DNA from: Octopus bimaculoides
Taxonomy: Eukaryota
Length of the DNA stretch: 36,085 nucleotides
Assembly: GCF_001194135.2 (NCBI RefSeq)
Contig: NC_068996.1
Location: forward strand, 26,095,993 to 26,132,077
Reading direction: 5' to 3'
Part shown: piece by piece, positions 11,621 to 22,934 of the stretch
How positions within the stretch are numbered: the first letter of the stretch is position 1
How the letters are laid out: every line of letters begins with the position of its first letter
Position numbers and translations under genes: made by a program
Notes under the pieces: generated by a model
Seen by the model: only the letters and a program-made list of their open reading frames with translations
Database searches by the model: none
What the model was told of the DNA's origin: nothing

Positions 11621-12084
11621 AGGACTGTATCAGATTTCTTGAGCTCAAATAAGCAATACCTTGGCCTTGTCTAAAATCTTTCAAACAATACTTTTCTGCT
11701 CTTAGCACTTCCAAGAAAAAAGTATGTTGTACAATAGCTATACAGCTTCATACAATAGCAGTTTTCTAAACATTAAGTACAACCTTCTAAAAGAAGTACA
11801 AAATTTTGAAGGAAAATGTCATACTAGAATATAATTCTATTGATTTAATTTTATTACCTTATCTTTTCAACCCAATTAAGAATTTAAAAAATCCTTATTT
11901 ATATTTCTTATCTACACTTGTATTAACTCATTTAAAGTAATTAACAATTTTGCTTAAAACACTGGAGTCCAAAGAAATTTTTTAAAAATCACAAGTCACA
12001 ACAAAGCTGCTTATATCAAAGTACTGCCTTTTAACACTTTGTTTGAGTTTTCTTGAATAATTCCATATTTAATTAAATGATATG

Positions 12085-12510
12085 TTTAGCAAGTGCAAGC
12101 ATGTGGTCAAGGCATTTGATTTTCAACCAAGTGCTTTTGGGTTCAGTCCCACTGAATGGCACCATCAGCAAGTGTCTCTTACTACATAGCCCTGGAATGG
12201 CCAAAGCCTTATGATTGGAAACCGATAGAAGCTTGTAACATGTATGTGTGTATGTGAGTGTGTATGTGTGTGTGTGTGTGCACATAACTTTGTCTAGATA
12301 TCACATGATGGCTGTAAATAAACATCATTGTCATACAAGCAAGGCCATTTGTTTCCAGTACACTGAAAAACATGTCTAGCTATGGGAAAATAGTAACTTA
12401 CAGGTGAAGACTGACAACAGAAATGGCATCTAGCCTGGCTGTAGAAAATCTGCCTCAACAAATTACATCTGACTCATGCAAGTATGGAAAAGTGGACGTT
12501 AAATGACAAT
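12085..12510 (+). mobile_element. tRNA-derived SINE with internal (TG)n and a retroposon-type 3' tail
   Basis: Head has gggttcagtccc (B-box-like), then agcaagtgtctcttactacatagcc, an internal (TG)n and the tail catgcaagtatggaaaagtggacgttaaatga. A partial second copy lies at about 12560-12790. Confidence 0.7.
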
Positions 12511-13689
12511 GAATTATGTATATTTATATATAAACATACACACACACATCAGTGTGTGTATTTTGTGACTCTTTATCTTAACGTCACGTGACAGCTGTAA
12601 ATGAGTGCTGCAGTCATTTATTTTCATTATCTGTGAAAACATGTCTGGCCAAAGGGAAATATTACCTTAGTTGGAAACAAGTGAGGGTTAGTGATAGGAA
12701 GTGCATCTTGCTGTAAAAAATCTGCTTCAATAAACTCTGTCTGACTCATGCAACCAGGGAAAAGTGGGCATTAAAAATGTTGATGATGAATAAGTTTAGC
12801 AGAGTAAAAATTTTTTCTGGAAATGCTGCCTTTTCTGAGTGAAGGGTCTTTCACTGTGGCCTTTTAGCATGAAAAGATTCCTCTCCTTAGTTGTATGAGA
12901 TTTGTCACAGTGCATCTTTATTATCAGAACTGTGTAAGATGAATTTTTTATATAAAAGTCTTTTCACATCTACAATTCAAGAATATCTCTAGCCATTTCT
13001 CTCCAAAATTCTTTATGAAGAACACAAATTCAAGAAATGATAAAACTAAATGCTTTATAATATTGAGGGATTTGGACTCAAGAAATCCATTGGAAATTAG
13101 TAAATTAATAAATTAATTATGCTATATTCTCTCCTACACTTTGTGGTTTTGCTCCAGCTCTTTAAATTTTGAGTTCAAATCCTGAAGTGGTCAACATTCT
13201 TTTCATCCTTCTCAGGTCAATAAAATATACCCATTGTCAATGCAACTGCCTTATCTCTTTCCTTAAACTTCTGGCCTTGTACCACTGATTATTATTTGTT
13301 GAAACTCAATAATACACAGAAAAGGAGTAGATAGAAACTCCATATAGTGTGCTTAGTGTGAACAATGGACAAACAAGAACTATAATGGGATGAGCAGCAG
13401 GCTAAAAGCAAAAGTAGCTTTCATATATATATAGCACAGGAAGATTGTGATAGTATTTGGAGAAACCTATTCTCACAACTATCCCCGATGTCTCCCTTGA
13501 TGTAATCAATAATTTTCATGACATAACTGACTAAATTAGCAGCAGCAGGGTTAGGTTTCCCCAAAGTATAGTTGCCAGGTAGGAAAGTTCAAGAAGTTAC
13601 TTTCTCTTGATAGCAGTAAAGAGCCCCACCCACCTTCAGAGTGAAATGCAGAATGTGTGATGCTTTTTATACTATACAGATTCTTGAAG

Positions 13690-13925
13690 ACTAGAAAGAA
13701 ATGAAGCAAGCAAGCTTTAGTGGATGTGTAATGTTAGTGTGTATGAATGACAGCACAAATGACCTGAGAGAAAAGCTGTGTATAAGAGGAATAATATGTA
13801 GTATGCAAGAAAGAAGACTGTATTGGTATGACCATGTAACGCACATGGCTGATAACAAACACAAAGAGATGCCAAGTGCTCAAAGTAGAAAATGTCTGTG
13901 GAAGGGAAAGACTAAGAAAAAATAT
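13690..13925 (+). mobile_element. RTE-clade LINE C-terminal fragment
   Basis: LREKLCIRGIICSMQERRLYWYDHVTHM matches the L..RRLRW.GHV.RM motif; same family as 30160-31500. Confidence 0.8.
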
Positions 13926-14590
13926 GGGACATCCTCATCATCATCATTCAACAACCATTTTCCATGCTGGTGTGGGTTAGATGGTTTAAATGGAGATAGT
14001 AAGCTGTAGAGTTGCACCAGGCTTCAGTCTGTTTTGGCATGGTTTCTACAGCTTGATGCCCTTCCTAATACCAACCACTCAAGTGTACTGGGTGCCTTTT
14101 ACATGTCACCAGCACAATGTGATGAAAACTAATCTCAAGATAATGAACCCCACAAAAGAGATGACACAACTATATTTGGCAACATGTGGTGCAGGAAAAT
14201 CTTGTGTTCTAATGCAAGCATAGAATAGAGAACAGCGGTTAATGTTAAGAAAGGCATCCTGACATAGGAACTATACTAAAACTGAGTTGATTAAGTGGGA
14301 TGTGGCCTTCTGACCTGTCAAATCCTGATGATTTATTAAGGTGTTGAATAGGCAAAAATCATCAAAAACTCAGATAAAATGCTCTGCAATATTTATTTCA
14401 ATTTCACTGAAGTCAACTTTTCCTTTCTTTCTTGCAAGGACTGATAAAAATCAAATGCACCTATCAGTAAAATACTGGATTTAGTTAAGGAATTTAACTA
14501 ATCCCTCCCCAACCAAATTTCGAGCCTTGTGTCTATGTTAGAAATTATTATTAATATTATAATAATAATTATTATTATTATCATCATCAA

Positions 14591-14810
14591 TAAGGCAGTG
14601 AGCTGGCAGAATCATTAGCATGCCAGGAAAAATGCTTAGCAGCATTTCGTCTGTCTTTACATTCTGTGTTTAAATTCCACCTAAATCAACTTTACCTTCC
14701 ATCCTCTTGGGGTAAAATAAGTACCAGTTAAACACTGAGGTTGATGTAATCGACTTACTCCTCCCTAAACTTGCTGGCCATGTGCCAAAATTTGAAATTA
14801 TTATTATTAG
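14591..14810 (+). mobile_element. tRNA-derived SINE (family A) with (ATT)n tail
   Basis: Head ggcagtgagctggcagaatcattagc, B-box-like gtttaaattcc, body aaaataagtaccag...gatgtaatcgact, tail ccaaaatttgaa(att)n. Homologous to 19575-19790. Confidence 0.85.
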
Positions 14811-14813
14811 CAT

Positions 14814-15177
14814 TATTACCTCTGCCTTAGTGAAGGCGGAGGTATTGTTTTCAGTTGTATTTGTTTGTTTGTCCATGGACAAGCTATCTCAAGAACCACT
14901 GGATGGATGTGGATGAAACTTTCAGGGATGCTTGGCCTCATGACTGGCATGAACTGATTAGATTTTGGGATCAATCCAGTACCGGACAAGGATTCTGGAT
15001 TATTTTTCCTGCGTTTTTAATTTTTGAGAGCGATTGGATTCATTTTTAGTATTCTCATTTGTGAGAGCAGTTGAGTTTATTTTAGATATTCTTATTTTAA
15101 AAATCATCTCTGGCTAATCGTTGAGAGGACATTGGTGTTGCCTTGGTGGAGGTTTGCACTCTCTGAGTGCTCTTGTT
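14814..15177 (+). mobile_element. Helentron-associated non-autonomous element (HINE/DINE-1-like architecture)
   Basis: 5' subTIR tacctctgcc (14817-14826) with nearby inverted copy ggcggaggta (14835-14844), short (GTTT)n, 3' subTIR ggtggaggt (15145-15153) and 3' hairpin gcactc-tct-gagtgc (15156-15170), in T-rich flanks. Confidence 0.7.
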
Positions 15178-15893
15178 GTTATTATTATTATTATTTATCA
15201 AATTGAGGGATTTGTAGAATTGTTATAGCTTTAGTAATATTTAGTTATAGTTCCACATTCTGAGATCAAATCCAGTCAAGGTCAATTTTGCCTTTCATGT
15301 TTTTGGGGTTATTGTACCAGTAAAGTACTGGGGTTGATTTCATCAACTAATTATGTGCACTGCTAAAAACAATTATCATCATTATTATGTAAAAATCTAG
15401 GGTTCTTCTTTCAACCTTCTGAGGTCAATAATATAAGTACTAGTTATGTATTGGAGAGAAATCTTAGTCAACTAGAGTCCCCACCTAAAATTTGGGACTC
15501 TGTGACTACATCAAAAATCTACAAAATAATTCTGCTCTAAATGATGCTCTAGAGGAAAACTGAAGATAAAACCTATTATTCAATCATTTATTTGTAAAAC
15601 TGACTGAAATATTATTGAATGACATCAATAACAATTTATCATATTCATCTGACTGATACAAAAATATTTAAATTTATATATATCATTATCTTTCAGCTTC
15701 CGTCTACTAAATCACTCACAAGTCTTTGGTTGATTTATGGCTGTAGAAGTCACTTGTCCTGAAGATCACAAGGTTAGAAATCAGGCTTCATAGTGACACA
15801 GCCATGTCTATATATATATATATATATATATATACACANNNNNNNNNNNNNNNNNNNNNNNNNNNNNNNNNNNNNNNNNNNNNNNNNNNNNNN

Positions 15894-15954
<61 letters not shown>

Positions 15955-16739
15955 CTACATCTCAGTGTGACAGCTACAGTGCTTGGTTCATAGGGATAGT
16001 GGATTAACATCCAGCCTTGTCCACTTTTCTGTGGTATAAAATAAGAATGTAGTTCAGAATAGCATAATAGATAAATACCTTCAATTTCATTCTATGATTA
16101 AGAATTATATGTTTACTATGTACATTATTCTTTCAGCATATCTTCAGTCATTTCTAAAACACAATCACAAAAGCTGAATAAAAATAAACCAATATTTTTT
16201 CATGGACAATTGTATGGATCTCTTTCTAAAGCACATATATTTCTTAGCAAAGACAAAAATGATAAACAACTACTCTTGAGGGAACAGAAGTGACAGGTGT
16301 TAACAAAGAATATGGTTTTCAAAAATGTTCTCCCCTAAGATTACGCCTTTCACACTACCTATGAGGACTTTACACCATCTTAAGAATCAAGTGCTTCAAA
16401 AAATAAAATCTCAGAATAAATTATGTATTTTATGGTGCTCTAGAAACTTCCAATAGTCTTACAGTTTTCAAAATATGTGGAACTTTCATAGATGCAGCCA
16501 GTTAAAATAATATAATTATAAATCAACTTAATCAACTTAATCAACTTAATCCACCACCCAAATTTAGGACTACATCAAAAGTCTACAAAATTATTCTGCT
16601 CTAGAGCACCATATTTCAGCGAGATTTGAAATTTACATTTTGAGTTAAAATTCCACCAAGGTCAACTTTGCCTTTCATCCCTCCAGTATCACCTGCCTAC
16701 CACTACTGAAAAAGGCAGATACTAATATCAATATAATGA

Positions 16740-17270
16740 TATTATTAATGTTTCCACAAGTAATATTATCAATCACAATGTTTAGTTTTGATATTTTTTC
16801 CTTAACTTTAATTCAATCCACTGACCACAAATTAACTGATTCTAGGTTACTTCAGATTCTACCTCAGTTTTTCAAGGATCTCCAATTGCTTTTCATCAAG
16901 ATTATCCACATCAAATTCCCTTTTTTCTTGTACATTGCTTCTTGTGCTTGTTTCAATGGCAAGTGTTGTATTCTCCTAGCTGGTTACAATGGTTGCATTC
17001 TCCTGATTCTCAGAGGTGTTATTAGTTTTGACATATTGGTTCCTGTAATTCTGGATTGATCTATCTCTGTATTTCTTCAATTTCAAAGTTAGATATTATA
17101 ATTCTTGGTACATAAAACTTGCCCTGCTAGCTGTTGTTCACTGAGATTAAATACTCACATACCATTCCAAATGTCCAGCATTCTTTTCCAGAATCCTCAA
17201 TTCCTTGGTTCACTTCTTTGATAACATTCTTTTGTTGTCTTGTTGATTTCCTTTCTCTACTTAATTTTTT
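16740..17270 (-). mobile_element. R4/Dong-like non-LTR retrotransposon N-terminal fragment
   Basis: Minus frame reads RKEINKTTKECYQRSEPRN*GFWKRMLDIWNGM*VFNLSEQQLAGQV...EIEEIQR, matching the recalled R4-clade motif EN..M.CY..S.P..RGY.KRM..IW....F...EQ.LA.Q...EIEEI. Further on, KLNIVIDNITCGNINN resembles the downstream I...N.L motif. Confidence 0.7.
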
Positions 17271-17541
17271 TCACAGTAGAAATAGAATGATGACCAGATC
17301 TGCACTGATGCACAACAGAGCACTTACTAGGAAACTGACCTTCACCAGAAATTCTAGTCTCGTTCACTTTTTTTTCTATTTAAATAATGCACTTGAAGGA
17401 GGATAATGATTTCAAAACTACAGTTTTGAGACACTGTCTCCATGAAGGTCACTAACCATGGCTAGAGTGACCCTCCTCCCCTTATAGCAGGCTTGATCTA
17501 GACGTGGTCAGTGGTTTCATTGAGACTATCTCTAGGCAGAT

Positions 17542-17749
17542 TCTTTTATTCTTTCATTTGTTTCAGTTATTTGACTGCAGCCATGCTGGAGCATCACCTT
17601 TAGTTGAACAAATCGCCCCCAAGACTTATTCTTTGGAAGTCTAGTATTTATTCTATCAGTCGCTTTTGCTGAAACACTAAGTTACGGGGACATCAACACA
17701 CTAACATCAGTTGTCAAGCAGTGGTGAGGGGACAAACACAGACACACAA

Positions 17750-17817
<68 letters not shown>

Positions 17818-17978
17818 GACGGGCTTCTTTCAATTTCCATCTACCAAATCCACTCACAAGGCTTTGGTCGGCCCTGAGGCTACAGTAGAAGACACTTGCC
17901 TGAGGTGCCACACAATGTGACTGAACCTGGAATTATGTGGTTGGTAAGCAAGCTACATAAAACATAGCCACTCCTACA
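17542..17978 (-). mobile_element. tRNA-derived SINE (family B) with internal (TA)n
   Basis: The reverse complement begins gtaggagtggctatgt..., has ggttcagtc (B-box-like), an internal microsatellite and the tail cagtcaaataactgaaac. Near-identical architecture to 19157-19550. Confidence 0.85.
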
Positions 17979-18829
17979 CCTACTGTCAACAAAACCTAAG
18001 GAGCTTGTCTACCCACTTAGCTGAGGCAGGTTATACTCTGCCAGTTGCTATACTGGTACTTTTTTCCCTCACAAATCATAAACCTTCTCTTGACCATGGT
18101 CCAGAAAGACACAGTGGACATCTGGCAGTCTGTTGCAAATATCATAGTGGCCTGATATACACATTATTATGTACAGCCAAACAGACTCATTGTGGATGAT
18201 TTTTGGCTCTATCGAATTCATCTACCTTTCAACAGATTTTGTTTATCAATCTGCAAGGTGTCATAATATAGAGAAACCAACAATAGACCCCTTGATGAGG
18301 CTGCCATGGCAGAGAATATTCCAAGTTTGAATTTAGCTGGGGTAACTTTGGTTTCTAATATGATAAAGACAAAAAAAAAAAAAGGATGAAGATCCTTCCA
18401 GAATAATATAGTCTCAAAGGACCAGTTTCCATGGCATATATATTCCCCCAGTCCATCACGGGATTACTCACTTTCATCACTTGAATGGACTGGAGCAACG
18501 TGAAATGAAGTATTTTGCTCAAGAACACATGTTGCCTAGTTCAGGAATCAAAAACACTGTCCTATAATCATGAGTCTAACACCCTAACCACTAAGCCACG
18601 TGCCTCCACTCTAATACAATAAGTACATGTAAAATTCAGAGGATGAGTTAGTTTAACTGAATGTACTTTTCCCCACCAAAACTTGAGACCTTGGGCCTAA
18701 AAGTCAGAAATATAAAATCATAGTATTATTATACATTATTTTTATTATTAATCATTATGAGGTGGGGTGGTCTCATAAAATCATTAGAATTTTGGACAAA
18801 TACTTCACAGTTTTTGTTCAGGGTCTTTA

Positions 18830-19140
18830 CATTGTGTTCAAATCCTGCCAAAACTTTGCCTTTGATCCTATTGGGGTCGGTCAAATAAGTACCAATTGAG
18901 CACTGGGGTTGATGTAATTGACTTAACCCCTCCCACAAAATTGATGGCCTTGTGCCAAAATTTGGAACCATTGTTATTATTATTATTATTATTATTTATA
19001 TATTATTATTATTACTATTATCATTATTATCATGGGTGGCAAGCTGGTAGAATCGTTAGCATGCCAGGCAAAATGCTGGGGGTCATTATAATGAACTCAT
19101 CCCCTTCTCCCAAAGTTGCTAGCCTTGCACCAAAATTTGA
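18830..19140 (+). mobile_element. Two family-A SINE fragments in tandem, separated by (ATT)n
   Basis: 18830-18970: gttcaaatcc...aaataagtacc...gccttgtgccaaaatttg. 19035-19140: ggtggcaagctggtagaatcgttagc...gccttgcaccaaaatttg. Confidence 0.75.
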
Positions 19141-19156
19141 AAATTATTATTATTAT

Positions 19157-19550
19157 TACTCTTTTACTTGTTTCAGTCATTTGACTGTGGCCATACTGGA
19201 GCACCGCCTTTAGTCGAGCAAATCGACCCCAGGACTTATTCTTTGTAAGCCTAGTACTTATTCTATCGGTCTCTTATGCCGAACCACTAAGTTACGGGGA
19301 CATAAACACACCAGCATCAGTTCCTCAAGCGATGTTGGGGGGACAAACACAGACACACAAACACACACACATATTTATATACATATATACAACAAGCTTC
19401 TTTCAGTTTCCGTCTACCAAATCCACTCACAAGGCTTTGGTCGGCCCGAGGCTATAGTAGAAGACACTTGCCCAAGGTGCCAAGCAGTGGGACTAAACCC
19501 GGAACCATGTGGTTGGTAAGCAAGCTACTTACAACACAGCCACTCCTACG
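19157..19550 (-). mobile_element. tRNA-derived SINE (family B), well preserved
   Basis: The reverse complement reads cgtaggagtggctgtgttgtaag (A-box-like)...gggtttagtcccact (B-box-like)...ccttgggcaagtgtcttctactatagcctcggg, with a short internal TA/CA repeat and many CpGs retained. Confidence 0.88.
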
Positions 19551-19574
19551 TCTATTATTATTATTATTATTACG

Positions 19575-19789
19575 AAGGTGGCGAGCTGGCAGAATCATTA
19601 GCATGCCAGGTGAAATCCTTAGCAGTATTTCGTCTGACTCCATGTTCTGAGTTCAAATTCCACCAAGGTCGACTTTGCCCTTCATCCTTTCAGGGTTGAT
19701 AAAATAAATACCAGTGGAGTACTGGAGCTGATGTCATCGACTTACACCCTCCCCTGAAATTTCAGGCCTTGTGCCTATAGTAGAAACAA

Positions 19790-19790
<1 letters not shown>
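19575..19790 (+). mobile_element. tRNA-derived SINE (family A), near full length
   Basis: A-box-like tggcagaatcattag, B-box gttcaaattcc (19651-19661), tail ttcaggccttgtgcctatagtagaaac followed by (ATT)n. Confidence 0.88.
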
Positions 19791-19791
<1 letters not shown>

Positions 19792-19882
<91 letters not shown>

Positions 19883-19913
19883 ATAGTAGTAGTAGTAATA
19901 GTAGTAGTAGTAA

Positions 19914-19947
<34 letters not shown>
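19792..19947. repeat. Compound (ATT)15 then (AGT)n microsatellite
   Basis: ATT 19792-19836, then AGT with occasional AAT interruptions. Confidence 0.97.
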
Positions 19948-19948
<1 letters not shown>

Positions 19949-19949
19949 T

Positions 19950-20170
19950 GAAAGCAGTGAGCTGGCAGGATCATTAGTGCATTGAACAAAATGCTTAGTG
20001 ACATTTCTTCTATCTATTTACATTCTGAGCACAAATTCTATAAAGGCTGACTCTGCCTTTCACCCTTTCAGCGTCAACAAGAGAGATATCAGTTAGGCAC
20101 TAGGGCCAATGCAATCAGCTTAACCATCTCCTTTCAAAATGCAAGCCTTCTGCCAAAATCAGAAATTATC
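19950..20170 (+). mobile_element. Older family-A SINE copy
   Basis: aagcagtgagctggcaggatcattag...gagcacaaattct...gcaagccttctgccaaaatcagaaattatcattatt. Confidence 0.75.
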
Positions 20171-21548
20171 ATTATTAAATTTTGTTAGTTTAGGTAATAG
20201 TACTAGGAGGGGCAGCAGGAGAAATCAAAGAAAAGCTAGCAGAAATTCTGAAGACATTACTGTTAGTAACACAGTATAAAATCAAGTTCAAGGAAGGTGA
20301 AGTGACAGTGCAATTAATAATTGCTTCTAACCTGGGAAAGGGGTTTGTCAATACACTTGATCCCAGTATTAATCTGGTATCTTATTAACTCTTGAGGGAT
20401 GAAAGGTAATGTTGATCTTGGAAAGAAAAGAACTACAAGAAATACCAGAAGGCATTTTTGTTTGATGCTCTAACAATTCTACCAATCTTATTATACAAGC
20501 TTAAGTAACACAGATGCACTTTTGTAGAATCTTTTTTCAGAAATCAATGATATCCAGGATGTAAAAATCTATAAAAGATTCGGTAAAGTTTCGAAATGGA
20601 TATTAAGACACCAGACCATTATGATATTTTATTGATTCCAGTTCAGTAGTGAGCTTCTCTATTTTCTGTTTCCTTTTTTTTCCGGGGACTTACATTCTAC
20701 ACATCTGCTAAGTATCAACACATACATCTGCTGATACACACCAATACAAATTATAGATTTGATATTTACTCAAAGCATGTCAACAAAACAGATACAGAGA
20801 CAGACAAGGAAAGGAGAGGGAAAGACAGGGAGAGAGGAAAGATAGAAGACCAGAGGTTAGAACAATATGCAATTTAGAATACAAATGTCACAACCTAGTA
20901 GCTTCATTTTTTTTATATTTCCCCCTTTTCTTCCTATGTAGCAGAAGTTCAGGATTCTTATTTAATAGAACAAAACCTCATATATTTTCTTTGTAACAGA
21001 AGGGAACTGATGATTTTTTTTTCCTTTTTTTTTTCAATCAAAACATTAATCCTATTTGCTAATGTTATTCTTTACACTTACAGAAGTGTTGTGTGTGTGT
21101 GTGAGAGTGTGTGTGTTTATATTTATATACATGTATGCAAATAATGTGTGTGTGTGTACTTGTGTATTTATATATATATATANNNNNNNNNNNNNNNNNN
21201 NNNNNNNNNNNNNNNNNNNNNNNNNNNNNNNNNNNNNNNNNNNNNNNNNNNNNNNNNNNNNNNNNNNNNNNNNNNNNNNNNNNNNNNNNNNNNNNNNNNN
21301 NNNNNNNNNNNNNNNNNNNNNNNNNNNNNNNNNNNNNNNNNNNNNNNNNNNNNNNNNNNNNNNNNNNNNNNNNNNNNNNNNNNNNNNNNNNNNNNNNNNN
21401 NNNAAATGAATGGTTTACACCTGGTAGCTTACTGGTAAAGCACAGTCACTTTCAGTGATTGTTAATAAATTAATAATAAATTTTCGTATATTCCATCTTT
21501 CATTTACCATATATATATATATATATATATGTTAATCACACACACACA

Positions 21549-21690
21549 CACGAGGGGGTACTGAAAAGTTCCTGGCTTTGAATAAAAGAAAATACAAGAT
21601 AGTTAATTATGATTTTATTCAACATATTCCCCTCTCAGATTCACACACTTATTGCAACAGTCCTTTAGTTTTTCTAAACCCAGTAAAATA
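21549..21690 (-). mobile_element. mariner-family DNA transposon 3' end (transposase C-terminus plus TIR)
   Basis: Minus frame reads LLGLEKLKDCCNKCVNLRGEYVE* (stop 21615-21617), matching the mariner C-terminus GI.KL..RW.KC...GEYVE*. The terminus cacgagggggtactgaaaagttcc resembles mariner TIRs (tacgaggg...aaaagt). Confidence 0.85.
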
Positions 21691-22883
21691 ATTCTTAAAA
21701 CCAGTGCCCCGATATGTCCAGTCTAATGACTGAAACATGTAAAAGATAAAATATGTGTGTGTATTATAGGTTGTAGATTTTTGGCACAAATATTGCTCAA
21801 CTGTATGAATAAAGTGAGGGTATCAAATAAGTTTAATGGTGATCAAAATAACAAATGATTGTCACAACTGAATTTTGTGTGCATGCACACACACCACACA
21901 CACATACATACATACACACACACTGATAGAAGCGCCAAGTTTTAAAAAAATAAGTGCTGGAGTCTATTCATTTGACTAAAACCCTTCAATGCAGTGCTCC
22001 AATCCAATGACAAACAAATAAAAGATATATATATTTCTTAAATGTTAATTCCTCTCCATCTGTTACTATTATATTACTCTGGCTTACAGTTCTTCATTTG
22101 CACCATCACTTGGCGCTATACCAATCTCAAAAGCAGGGCTTCACCTAAAAGGTTGAAATTCTCATAGTAAATTGACACCCCACCTTAAAATAATAATAAT
22201 AATCCTAGAAGCTTCACTGAATTGTATGTCACTATACGGACTACCCATCATCTCTGGACATGAGAGTGTATTTAACCTATTGTGAACTTAACATTATCAA
22301 TAATGACATGTTTACAATGAGACACAAATGAGAACGATGTTGAAAGTCTGGTGTTCTTTATTTTTCATGGGAATGTTTGATGAGGCTGTGCAGAGAGAAC
22401 AGTCTTTTGAATAAAAGTGAAGTAGTGCAGAGTTTGTTTTGATACCTTTTATAGGAAATGTAAATACTAACTTACAAATACATTTTAGGAACTGTACTGC
22501 CATGAATTAGCACAAAGTGTGATGGGCCACGATCATGGCCATCAGACACAGGTAGACAGGCCACGACCGTGGCCCAGATAAATGCATTTAATTTATGGGC
22601 ATTTGTTGGGGTCTAATGTAACTCAAACGCACTGATACCCCCACCCCAGAATGGTAAAGGACTAACAGTTCAACTAATGACTTTTCAGATGACGTAAAAC
22701 TTGCCATTATATACTAAGAAGATATTTTAACTATTTTTTGTTTTTTATGTGTGCATGGTAGACTAATTTTCCTAAAATGTGCTCAGCAGTCCATGCTTAT
22801 GTAAGTGCAAATCCCGGCGCTTTATGGGTTAATATATATTAGAAATGCCACACAAACTTACTATATAATACAGAACATGTTTT

Positions 22884-22934
<51 letters not shown>

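Noticed and set aside
16521-16550. (aatcaactt)x3 tandem, and the 11540-11620 array, as CRISPR-like repeats
   Set aside because: Contiguous tandem units with no unique spacers, in a eukaryotic context with no cas genes.
16736-17406. Hydrophobic plus-strand ORFs resembling membrane proteins
   Set aside because: They are the antisense of the purine-rich R4-like coding relic on the minus strand.
17447-17472. Hairpin ggtcact...agtgacc upstream of the R4-like relic as an HDV-like ribozyme
   Set aside because: A single short stem only; the nested double-pseudoknot elements could not be identified.
18287-18345. Hammerhead-like ttgatga-g-gctgc-catg-gcag-a-gaat
   Set aside because: Both core motifs are mutated (UUGAUGA, GAAU), there is no valid UH cleavage site before the candidate stem I, and no Penelope coding relic was found nearby.
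19575-19665. tRNA-like A/B boxes here and in other SINE heads as tRNA genes
   Set aside because: No cloverleaf; the boxes are followed by SINE body and tail and occur in many diverged copies.
20541-20582. Possible 42-nt exon (cttttttcag|...ttcg|gtaaag; INDIQDVKIYKRF)
   Set aside because: The length is phase-preserving, but the peptide is unrecognised and the donor is only moderate; not supportable from sequence alone.
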